From the IMG/VR virus record IMGVR_UViG_3300037119_006434, positions 1-50,022 of that record: a stretch of 50,022 nucleotides of DNA. One strand, written 5' to 3'. The DNA comes from a virus. Taxonomy: Duplodnaviria > Caudoviricetes. Numbering within the stretch: position 1 is the first letter of the stretch; each line of letters opens with the position of its first letter. Positions 15,366 to 22,918 of the stretch are shown piece after piece. Position numbers and translations under genes: made by a program. Under the pieces are notes generated by a model, which was given only the letters and a program-made list of their open reading frames with translations, had not been told where the DNA came from and searched no databases.

Positions 15366-15761
15366 ATGCACGGGTACCCCGACCAGTCGTTCCAGAACCC
15401 CGACGGCACCCAGATGATGACCGTCACCCTGAGTGAGGACCCCCTGGTGACCGTGACCCTGCCCCGGGAAGTCCATGACAAGATTGGAGCAGAGGCGGAC
15501 TCCCCAGAGCAGTACCGCAACGCTCTGTTGGTGGCGGATGCCGCGCAGAACCAGCCACCGGAGTCCACCGAGCCCAAGGCCCCGGAGGATGAGGGTCGCC
15601 GGGAGCCAGGGGCGGAGCAGCTCCCAGCTCCAGGCCCCGAGCTGCCAACCCCGCCGACGGCCCCGGACCTCAACCCGGTGCCACCGCCCGATCCCCCGGG
15701 TTCAGGGATCTTCCCGACCCCCGAGTCACCTCCAGGATCCGTGATCAACCCAGAGAGGTAG
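15366..15761 (+). CDS. Acidic, proline-rich hypothetical protein
   Basis: AAGGAG SD; 131 aa. Confidence 0.7.
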   Translation: MHGYPDQSFQNPDGTQMMTVTLSEDPLVTVTLPREVHDKIGAEADSPEQYRNALLVADAAQNQPPESTEPKAPEDEGRREPGAEQLPAPGPELPTPPTAPDLNPVPPPDPPGSGIFPTPESPPGSVINPER

Positions 15762-15853
15762 CCATAGCATCCCAGGCCCCGGCTTCAGTGAGTGGTCGCC
15801 GGGGTCTTCCCTTACCCCAAGTCTACTAAAGGAGGCCGGCCCTGGCACAGGTA

Positions 15854-16135
15854 TTGGTGGATGAGGACCACCTCACCACCCTAGTGGCTGTCGCCGAGTG
15901 GGAACTCAAGACCATGCCGCGCGGGGACCCCAAATACCACAGCTTACATCAGTCCTTAATCCAGGCCATCCACGCAGTAGGAGTAGCAGTCTCTACAGGA
16001 GGGCTGACAGTTGCCGCTGACCCACTTTATCTGTCCCGACGGTGTCCACATTGCCAAGGGAGCCTGCCTGGAGGGTTGCCGAATGGGTCGGCGGTGCCTC
16101 ACCCTAGCCACCCTGACCTCCATAGTCCAGGATAA
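15854..16135 (+). CDS. Hypothetical protein (3' end overlaps the exonuclease gene)
   Basis: N-terminal half is protein-like; start uncertain. Confidence 0.4.
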   Translation: MVDEDHLTTLVAVAEWELKTMPRGDPKYHSLHQSLIQAIHAVGVAVSTGGLTVAADPLYLSRRCPHCQGSLPGGLPNGSAVPHPSHPDLHSPG

Positions 16136-16850
16136 CTCCCACGAGTGGGACGGCGTGCCGCATGTCACTGGGTTGATGAACGGCACCATGCTGGAGTTCC
16201 TCAAGATTGTCGAGGATTATGCCATCAACCCTCGATCCCTAGCCTACGCTCTGCTGGGCACCAGCCACCATGTCTACCTAGAGCAACATGCTGGGGTTGG
16301 TGGCGAGATGACCTTATACCTGGGACCTATCTCCGACCCGTTGATTCAAGGCAGGACGGATGACATCCGCCCGGATGAGTTCACCCCGGGGTACGTCATC
16401 ACCGACTACAAGACCTACGGCTCATACCGAGTGGGCCTGGTCCTGGGATTAGAGAAGGGGATGACGGGGAAGTGGGTGCCTAACCCAGCCAAGGCAGAGA
16501 TACAGGACCTCACCCTCCAGTTGAACTGCTATAGGATCATGGCCGAGCAGCAGCTTGGGATTGAAGTGACCCGGCTGCAGGTTCAGATCACCGTCCGCGA
16601 TGGCGGCATCAAGGCGGCGGTGGATAGAGGGATCACCGAGCCCGTGTACGTGCTGGATATACCCATAGTCGAGGACAGCTATATCCTCGGGTACTTCCTG
16701 ACCAAGAGAACCAAACTCATAGAAGCCCTGGATCGAGGCTCCGTAGAGGACATCTGCACCTGGGAGGAGAGATGGCAAGACCGCAGATGTAAGTCCTACT
16801 GTGAGGTGGCCGGGCTTTGTCCTCATGGGGTACAGTTCCTTCAGGCTTGA
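16011..16850 (+). CDS. Cas4-like PD-(D/E)XK exonuclease
   Basis: GTSHH, GRTD, ITDYKT, QLNCY and a C-terminal Cys cluster (C...CKSYCEVAGLC); AGGAGG SD. Confidence 0.85.
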   Translation: MPLTHFICPDGVHIAKGACLEGCRMGRRCLTLATLTSIVQDNSHEWDGVPHVTGLMNGTMLEFLKIVEDYAINPRSLAYALLGTSHHVYLEQHAGVGGEMTLYLGPISDPLIQGRTDDIRPDEFTPGYVITDYKTYGSYRVGLVLGLEKGMTGKWVPNPAKAEIQDLTLQLNCYRIMAEQQLGIEVTRLQVQITVRDGGIKAAVDRGITEPVYVLDIPIVEDSYILGYFLTKRTKLIEALDRGSVEDICTWEERWQDRRCKSYCEVAGLCPHGVQFLQA

Positions 16851-16857
16851 CCAACGC

Positions 16858-16886
16858 TTGACACGGTTCAGCAGTCGAGCTATAAT
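16858..16886 (+). promoter_or_regulatory. sigma70-type promoter
   Basis: Perfect TTGACA-N17-TATAAT. Confidence 0.9.
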
Positions 16887-16939
16887 CTAGTCAGGAGGTA
16901 GTAGATGTCTGACCAGTCCATCATGATGGAGCCGGAGTA

Positions 16940-17755
16940 ATGGCCCTCGGACCATTCATCCTCGGCATCGAGGGGGATGACAAATCGGGCAAGACCAGCC
17001 TGGCTCTCACGGCCCCGAGACCCCTCTGGCATGTGGAGATGGATGTCGGGGGCTTCCGCCGAGCCGCCCACAGGTTCACGGGGGTCCCCGATATAAAGTC
17101 GGATCCGTATCCAATCCCCCGGCAAGCGGTCCTGTCGAGTCTGCGGCAAGGCCATAACGGCACCGGCAAGGCCCCCAGCGTCCTCAGGCCCACGCAGATA
17201 CTAACCGGGTACAAGGAGCTGTGGTACCGCCTGTTGAGCAACTACGCGGACAAACTGGAGGACCCGACCACCCAAACCATCGTGTTCGATTCATTCCCCC
17301 AGGTGTGGGAGCTATGCCGGTTCGGCTATCTCCAAGAGATGCAAGAACGGGCACATGCCCGGGGTGGTGCTTACCGGGAATCCATCACCCAGATCGAGTA
17401 CGCGGAACCCAATGCCCGGATGCGCCAGCTCCTCTACGCCGCCCGGGAAATGCAGAAGAACCTAATCCTGATCCACTACATGACCGAGCTGAGGGAAGAT
17501 CGGCTGGTCAACGGCGAGGTCAAGAACATCGTCACGGGGATCAAGCACGCTGGGTGGCGGTATCTGGACAAAGAAGCGGATGTGGTAGTTCGCACGGAGA
17601 TGAGATGGGTGGGGGTGGGTACTAACCGCCAGCTGGTACCCTTTGCCACAGTCAGGTTATCGGGGCTGGCCCTGGAGGTCACGGAGACCGAGATGAAGGC
17701 TCCTACCTGGGAGATGCTCCGCCAGCATTTGGAGATATACCGAGCCACGGCCTAA
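16940..17755 (+). CDS. Sak4/AAA_24-like ATPase (recombinase)
   Basis: Walker A GDDKSGKT, Walker B IVFDS, LILIH; next to the exonuclease. Confidence 0.75.
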   Translation: MALGPFILGIEGDDKSGKTSLALTAPRPLWHVEMDVGGFRRAAHRFTGVPDIKSDPYPIPRQAVLSSLRQGHNGTGKAPSVLRPTQILTGYKELWYRLLSNYADKLEDPTTQTIVFDSFPQVWELCRFGYLQEMQERAHARGGAYRESITQIEYAEPNARMRQLLYAAREMQKNLILIHYMTELREDRLVNGEVKNIVTGIKHAGWRYLDKEADVVVRTEMRWVGVGTNRQLVPFATVRLSGLALEVTETEMKAPTWEMLRQHLEIYRATA

Positions 17756-17777
17756 CCCTCAGCAGGAGTAGTCAGTC

Positions 17778-17957
17778 GTGGGACCAAAGCCTCCCATGTC
17801 CCGGGAACAGTTCATCACCGAGATTGAGATGTTGGTAATCCAGTCTATGGATCCAAACTACGACCGCTGGCATCAGTCCCTGGATGTGGAGAAACTCCGC
17901 CGGCGAGCCAGCCTGTTTTATGACCGGGTTCTTAGCAGAACCAAAATCACCCTATGA
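17778..17957 (+). CDS. Hypothetical protein (59 aa)
   Basis: AGGAG SD; ATGA overlap with the next ORF. Confidence 0.55.
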   Translation: MGPKPPMSREQFITEIEMLVIQSMDPNYDRWHQSLDVEKLRRRASLFYDRVLSRTKITL

Positions 17958-18136
17958 AATCACTGGTCTGTGACTCCTGTACCAAGCCGGCCGGCGACGT
18001 GAAGCTTCGGCCTGGCTGGTCACAGGTAGCCCGGCGGGAAGGCCCAACCCCCGAGCCTGGCATCTGGCATTTCTGTTCGGATAGGTGTTTGTGGGAGTGG
18101 GTGAACCACAAAGGCTGGGAGGAGCCCCTGAGATGA
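17954..18136 (+). CDS. Zinc-finger hypothetical protein
   Basis: CDSC...HFCSDRC. Confidence 0.7.
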   Translation: MKSLVCDSCTKPAGDVKLRPGWSQVARREGPTPEPGIWHFCSDRCLWEWVNHKGWEEPLR

Positions 18137-18252
18137 AGCGGCTGGTTTGCATCTTCCTGGGCCACCGCTACACGGCATTCCTCGGCACGGAACTCATCAC
18201 CCTACACTGTGCTCGGTGTGGCAACCTCACGCGAATCCCCCGGCTGCCATGA
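18133..18252 (+). CDS. Small Cys/His protein (MKRLVCIFLGH...CARCG)
   Basis: ATGA overlaps at both ends; GAGGAG SD. Confidence 0.65.
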   Translation: MKRLVCIFLGHRYTAFLGTELITLHCARCGNLTRIPRLP

Positions 18253-18983
18253 CCCTCTCCGCTCTACCCATGAGGGTGGACCAGTTTGAACCTACCGAGG
18301 GCCTCACCCTCATCAGCCAGTCCATCCCGGCAGAACGGGCTCCTCTGAACCATGCCGGCTTCGCGGATTATTTCTGGTTTGATCACCAAGGCCGGTCAAT
18401 ACAGGTCGAGCGCAAGCAATGGCCGGAGGTTCTCGGGGGAATTGATGAGGTCGAGGATCAGCTCCGCCGGGAGTTCCCGGCCGCCGACGAACTGTATCTT
18501 TTAGTTGAGGGGGTCGCCGAGCCGTCGGCCAACGGCATCCTCACCTACAAACGAGCACCCACCAAGCCGATCTATATCCCCAACCACGAATACGGTGACC
18601 ACAAGCGGCCTCAAGCCCACCTTTACCATCGAGTACAAGCATGGTTCTGGAGCCTGGACAAGGCTGGGATCACGGTCCTGCAGACTCCAAACCTCGGGGC
18701 CACAGCCACTACCCTCGTGGCCATGTACCTACAGCATCAGAAACCAGAGCACGGAGTTCTCAATAGGTACCTAAAGCCGAGAGCCTCCCTCCAGCCCCAA
18801 AATATGTGTACTAGGATCCTACTGGGGGTACCAGACCTCGGGGAAGCCCGGGCACGGAAGCTCGCCGACCACTTCGGCTCAGTCGGCAGGATCTGCAACG
18901 CCACCCCCCAGGAGATCGCGGCCTTGCCAGGGTTCGGCCGGGTCATGGGCGATAGGATCATCGAGTACCTTTGGCAGGTCTAG
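18249..18983 (+). CDS. ERCC4/XPF-like structure-specific nuclease with HhH domains
   Basis: ADY...QVERK...LLVEG core plus two helix-hairpin-helix motifs (GVPDLG, LPGFG). Confidence 0.85.
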   Translation: MTLSALPMRVDQFEPTEGLTLISQSIPAERAPLNHAGFADYFWFDHQGRSIQVERKQWPEVLGGIDEVEDQLRREFPAADELYLLVEGVAEPSANGILTYKRAPTKPIYIPNHEYGDHKRPQAHLYHRVQAWFWSLDKAGITVLQTPNLGATATTLVAMYLQHQKPEHGVLNRYLKPRASLQPQNMCTRILLGVPDLGEARARKLADHFGSVGRICNATPQEIAALPGFGRVMGDRIIEYLWQV

Positions 18984-18993
18984 TCGTCGAGGC

Positions 18994-19022
18994 TTGACAT
19001 GGTAGACATAACAATGTATACT
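18994..19022 (+). promoter_or_regulatory. sigma70-type promoter
   Basis: TTGACA-N17-TATACT. Confidence 0.85.
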
Positions 19023-19036
19023 ACGGCCGAGGGCCG

Positions 19037-19219
19037 ATGCGCCCGGACACAACCGCCATATACCAGATCGACGAGGTCAGCGCGCTCCTAGGCCTCTTGA
19101 GGAGAGCGGCCGTTAGCTACCTTCACGGCGACCTAATCGAGCAGTTCAACCTAGAGCTGGACCGGCTTTGTCCCCCAGTATGGGAGATGCAGGAGAATGG
19201 ACATGCGACGATGGTATGA
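19037..19219 (+). CDS. Hypothetical protein
   Basis: First ORF after the promoter. Confidence 0.55.
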   Translation: MRPDTTAIYQIDEVSALLGLLRRAAVSYLHGDLIEQFNLELDRLCPPVWEMQENGHATMV

Positions 19220-19631
19220 GCTGGGGCGGTGGGAGCGGCATCTCCTAGCCGCACTGGCGTTTGCTCTCGGGGTGTTGGTGTCAACCAACGCCGCGGCCGC
19301 CCCCGATTGGGACGATGACCAATGGCGGCTCGACGATATCATCCATCAAATGGCCCGGGTGTATGACCTCGACCCCAATGCTCTAGTCCGCACGGCGGTC
19401 TGTGAGTCCCAGATGGGGTACTTCAGGTACGGCGACCGCGGCCACAGCCATGGCCCCTGGCAGCTCAATGACCGGGCCACCGGCCTCCTCCCTCACTTCT
19501 ACGAGGTGGGTTACACCGATCCCTATGACTACAACCAATCCACCGACTACGTGGCCCGGGTAGCCTCCGGGGAGTGGGCCGGCCGGGGGATCACCATGCA
19601 GCGGTGGTCCTGCTGGCGGGAAGCCCGGTGA
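19197..19631 (+). CDS. Secreted lysozyme-like / lytic transglycosylase-like protein
   Basis: Signal peptide-like N-terminus; AVCES catalytic motif and GPWQL. Confidence 0.7.
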   Translation: MDMRRWYELGRWERHLLAALAFALGVLVSTNAAAAPDWDDDQWRLDDIIHQMARVYDLDPNALVRTAVCESQMGYFRYGDRGHSHGPWQLNDRATGLLPHFYEVGYTDPYDYNQSTDYVARVASGEWAGRGITMQRWSCWREAR

Positions 19632-19924
19632 TCCTGCCTGATGGACCCCCACCGGAAGAAGTCGAGGGTTGTGAGGGGTGTTACTGGGAGACCCGGGAAC
19701 TGGAAGCCTATGCAGGTCAAAGCCGCACCGTGGGAGCGGCATCTCCTAGCCGCGAGGTAAAATGGCTTTGCAAGGTCTGCGCCAACAGCTCGGCCGGGAA
19801 TGCTTTCCTCTACCCAGATGTCCACGCCACGGATAGAGAGGTTCTGCAAACCCTCTGCTGGGGCATTAACTACCTAGCCAGCCTGATTAACCAACCCGGG
19901 GCAGTTGACACGGAAGCCATCTAG
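19628..19924 (+). CDS. Zinc-finger hypothetical protein
   Basis: CEGC...CKVC; GTGA overlap. Confidence 0.65.
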   Translation: MILPDGPPPEEVEGCEGCYWETRELEAYAGQSRTVGAASPSREVKWLCKVCANSSAGNAFLYPDVHATDREVLQTLCWGINYLASLINQPGAVDTEAI

Positions 19925-19933
19925 CAGTATAAT
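19905..19933 (+). promoter_or_regulatory. sigma70-type promoter
   Basis: Perfect TTGACA-N17-TATAAT. Confidence 0.9.
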
Positions 19934-19953
19934 TGGGGCAGGAGGCACCCGCC

Positions 19954-20853
19954 ATGACACTAGCCACGGATGACCTGGCCACCCGGCCCTTCTGCCCGGA
20001 CCTGCCCCGGTATTATCCCGACGACCGGACTCAGCCGTTTGCCTCCCAGGGGTACATCCAGTTCCCCTATGATATACCCCGCCGCCGGGAACACTTCTGC
20101 TCGGACTCCTTCAAACACCCGGCGAAAGCCAACGTATACATGATCGAGGAGCTGGTGAAGCTGGTCAGCCAGCCCGGGGAGAGGATCCTCGATCCCATGA
20201 GTGGCACCGGCACCCTCATGATGGCGACCCTCGGCCCGGGAGGAATCGGCTGGTCCGGCAGAGAGGTAGTGTTGGTCGAAGATGCAGCAATCTTCCATTA
20301 CTATCAGCAGCAGTCCCGGGAGATGTTCCTTCGCCGTGGAGTCCCGGATTATGCAATCACCCTCCTCCACGGTCCCTGCCAGGATTATCTCCCTCTACCT
20401 GTCGATCACATTATTTTCTCACCACCCTACAGCTCGGTTCTTAAGTTTGAGGCGGTGGCGGATTCAACCCGAGCTCTCGGTGGCAGTACATACGTTGGGG
20501 CGGAGGCGGGAGATCCCACGGTATTCCAGGACTACCTCGGCACCAAGGACAACTTCGGCCGGCTGAACCAGTTCATGTATAACCAGAAGATTTCCAAAGT
20601 CTATGGTCTCATGATCGCGGGTCTTCGGGCCGGCGGCACCCTCACGGTCATCGTCCAGGATATGATGAAAGACGGTGCCCGGGCCAAGCTCTCCGAATGG
20701 GTGATGAGGACCTGTGTCCGCCAGGGGGTCGAGCTAATTCGTTGGGAAGTCAGGCATGCCCCGGGTACCGGGTACAAGAAGTCCATGCGGGCGAAGGGGT
20801 TCACGGTGGTCGAGGGGGAGGACATCATTATCATGAGGAAGCCGGGGCCGTGA
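19954..20853 (+). CDS. DNA amino-methyltransferase (N4-cytosine/N6-adenine family)
   Basis: HPAK, SAM-binding DPMSGTGT, catalytic FSPPY. Confidence 0.85.
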   Translation: MTLATDDLATRPFCPDLPRYYPDDRTQPFASQGYIQFPYDIPRRREHFCSDSFKHPAKANVYMIEELVKLVSQPGERILDPMSGTGTLMMATLGPGGIGWSGREVVLVEDAAIFHYYQQQSREMFLRRGVPDYAITLLHGPCQDYLPLPVDHIIFSPPYSSVLKFEAVADSTRALGGSTYVGAEAGDPTVFQDYLGTKDNFGRLNQFMYNQKISKVYGLMIAGLRAGGTLTVIVQDMMKDGARAKLSEWVMRTCVRQGVELIRWEVRHAPGTGYKKSMRAKGFTVVEGEDIIIMRKPGP

Positions 20854-20899
20854 CCATTATCTACCGAGAAGCCAAGGAGATAATCACCCGGAGGATAGA

Positions 20900-21211
20900 G
20901 TGACCGAGCAGCACCAGCCGCCCCCACTCAACCTGGACGCCATCGAGGCACTCGGTGCGGCGTGGCTGACCGAGAAGCAGTTGGCCGCGCTCCTAGCCGA
21001 ACTGCGCGCGCTGCGGGCCACGGTGGCGGCGCTGACCGCCGAGCGGGACGCGGCCAGGGCGGTGCTGGCGCCGCTGCTGGATCGCCCGGGTTACATCTGC
21101 CGCTTCTGCGGCGTCGAAGGATGGAGCCCGGGGAATACGCATCACAGGCCCGACTGCTCGGTGCTGCGCCGCGATGCGCTGCTGGGGCGGGCGCGGGAGG
21201 GGGCGGGGTGA
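20900..21211 (+). CDS. Hypothetical coiled-coil and zinc-finger protein
   Basis: GGAGG SD; CRFC...HRPDC. Confidence 0.7.
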   Translation: MTEQHQPPPLNLDAIEALGAAWLTEKQLAALLAELRALRATVAALTAERDAARAVLAPLLDRPGYICRFCGVEGWSPGNTHHRPDCSVLRRDALLGRAREGAG

Positions 21212-21588
21212 GCGACACGCGCGCCGACCTCATCGCCGACCTGCGCGCGCAGCGGGCGGCGGTGGCGGCGCTGCGGGCCGAGCGGGACCGGAGACTGCGC
21301 CTCCTGCGGGCCACGCTCGCCTACGTGGATGCCACCCAGGACCGCGCACCGCTCGGTGAGCGCAAGCGGCTCTGGGACGACCTACGGACGGCCCGTGCTG
21401 CGCTGCACGACCCACCGAGCACGCCGGCCGGTCCGTTGGCCGAGGGGCACCTCTACCCAACCGACCTGACCGATGGGGAAGGTGCCCCGGCGGCGGGCCT
21501 GCCGAAAGCCCAGGCAGCGGCTGCTCAACGCTACGCCCTGACCTGGGAGATCGAGGATCAAGCTGCGGACCAGGAGGTGACGCGGTGA
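21208..21588 (+). CDS. Hypothetical coiled-coil protein
   Basis: GGAGG SD; GTGA overlaps at both ends. Confidence 0.65.
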   Translation: MSDTRADLIADLRAQRAAVAALRAERDRRLRLLRATLAYVDATQDRAPLGERKRLWDDLRTARAALHDPPSTPAGPLAEGHLYPTDLTDGEGAPAAGLPKAQAAAAQRYALTWEIEDQAADQEVTR

Positions 21589-21710
21589 CCGAGCAGCACC
21601 AGCCGCCCCCACTCAACCTGATAGTCATGTACCCGTGGTGGTTCATCCTCGCCGCCGGCCTGGCCATTCTCACCCTAGTAGTGGTGGTAGCAGACCTCAG
21701 GAGAAGATAA
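21585..21710 (+). CDS. 41-aa membrane peptide sharing its first 12 aa with ORF 20900
   Basis: AGGAGGT SD; MTEQHQPPPLNLIVMYPWWFILAAGLAILTLVVVVADLRRR; TAATG overlap. Confidence 0.6.
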   Translation: MTEQHQPPPLNLIVMYPWWFILAAGLAILTLVVVVADLRRR

Positions 21711-22000
21711 TGGGAGTTATCCATGTCTCAACCATGTTCGGGGCCAAAGCCCGGGAACCTCTAGTTGATATCGTAGACGAGGAGAAGGAGTACCGGATAC
21801 AGCTCAGGGTCGGGGAGGCCCGGGCCCTAGGACTCAACATCCTCCAGGCCGCTGAGGCTGCGGTCTCGGATGGCTTCCTCTTCCAATTCTTCAAAGAGAA
21901 GCTGGACACTACGGATAACCAATCCGCCCACATGATGAATGATTTCCGGAAATACAGGTCCAAGACCTCATCCTGGCCTAGGGTCGTGACAACGGAATGA
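21710..22000 (+). CDS. Hypothetical protein
   Basis: AGGAG SD; coupled start. Confidence 0.7.
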   Translation: MGVIHVSTMFGAKAREPLVDIVDEEKEYRIQLRVGEARALGLNILQAAEAAVSDGFLFQFFKEKLDTTDNQSAHMMNDFRKYRSKTSSWPRVVTTE

Positions 22001-22194
22001 GCCAGCTCACCATTATCCTCTCCCCCCAAGACCGCCGGCCTCTCACCAACCAGGACTGGGCCCAGGCACTTATGATCCTGTCCGTGGTCCTCAAAGATAC
22101 CCAAGCTGTGGCAGGTAACGACCCATTCGAGGCCGGCAACGCAGCCACGGGAGTCATCCGACGGTACAACATGTCATGGTCCACGGACCGATGA
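21997..22194 (+). CDS. Hypothetical protein
   Basis: ATGA overlaps. Confidence 0.6.
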   Translation: MSQLTIILSPQDRRPLTNQDWAQALMILSVVLKDTQAVAGNDPFEAGNAATGVIRRYNMSWSTDR

Positions 22195-22262
22195 CCACCC
22201 GGCGGTACTTCCTCATGATCCTTTGGATCCTCATCTACACTACCTTATTGAGGGTGACGTGA
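22191..22262 (+). CDS. 23-aa hydrophobic peptide MTTRRYFLMILWILIYTTLLRVT
   Basis: ATGA and GTGA overlaps link it to both neighbours. Confidence 0.5.
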   Translation: MTTRRYFLMILWILIYTTLLRVT

Positions 22263-22459
22263 CCTCCGCTGACGGCCTCTACCAAGTCTACACTGATCTG
22301 GGTCAACCAATCTGTGCCGGCCTGGTAGTAGAAAACGGCCGGGTGGTCCACTGTGCACCCATAGTTCGGCGCAAATTCCTAGGCACCGACATTCACCATG
22401 TCTACAGCTGGTTAGCAGCCAGTCTCGGGGTGTGGAAGATCACAAAGGTGGGGCCGTGA
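22259..22459 (+). CDS. Hypothetical protein
   Basis: DGLYQV...ICAGLVVENGRVVHCAPI; coupled start. Confidence 0.65.
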   Translation: MTSADGLYQVYTDLGQPICAGLVVENGRVVHCAPIVRRKFLGTDIHHVYSWLAASLGVWKITKVGP

Positions 22460-22719
22460 GCTACCGCGTCTACTACTGCCTGGAGGGCGAGCCCGGGGTC
22501 GGCCACACCCTCGGGCCTCAAACCTATGCTGACCCCACCGATGCCCTGGCTGAAATCTACGATTTGCTGAGGGTGGATGAGGTCATCTCGGTGACCGTGT
22601 ATACCGGCCGCCGACTGAGTACCCCGCCGCCGTGGACCCCCAGTGTTAAGAACCTCGGGAGGGTTAATGCCAATCACCGACCCCGCCAGCAAACTCAGGC
22701 TCCTCGCCGCTACGCATGA
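22456..22719 (+). CDS. Hypothetical protein
   Basis: GTGA overlap. Confidence 0.5.
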   Translation: MSYRVYYCLEGEPGVGHTLGPQTYADPTDALAEIYDLLRVDEVISVTVYTGRRLSTPPPWTPSVKNLGRVNANHRPRQQTQAPRRYA

Positions 22720-22909
22720 CCTCTCCCGAGCCACCACGGCCTTCGCCGAGACCCAGATGAAGGTTCGCTGGCGCTCCCCGGCCCATGAAAAGATGATGAT
22801 GCAGGTCATGCTGCACCTGGCCGAGACCCAGAAGTACCTTCACCATATTGTGAAGGATCTCCAGGCCGAGGGGTTCGGCGATATTGACAGGGATGTGTCG
22901 GTGTGCTAG
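22667..22909 (+). CDS. Hypothetical helical protein
   Basis: GGAGG SD before ATG. Confidence 0.6.
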   Translation: MPITDPASKLRLLAATHDLSRATTAFAETQMKVRWRSPAHEKMMMQVMLHLAETQKYLHHIVKDLQAEGFGDIDRDVSVC

Positions 22910-22912
22910 AGT
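22884..22912 (+). promoter_or_regulatory. sigma70-type promoter, likely leaderless for the DNA polymerase
   Basis: TTGACA-N17-TAGAGT with the ATG 7 nt downstream and no SD. Confidence 0.75.
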
Positions 22913-22918
22913 ATAGGC

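Larger units (their letters stand above)
20900..21620 (+). repeat. 36-bp perfect direct repeat bounding a two-gene GC-rich segment
   Basis: GTGACCGAGCAGCACCAGCCGCCCCCACTCAACCTG at 20900-20935 and 21585-21620. Confidence 0.95.

Noticed and set aside
16011-16850. Cas4 as part of a CRISPR system
   Set aside because: Stand-alone Cas4-like nucleases beside Sak4-like ATPases are ordinary phage recombination genes.
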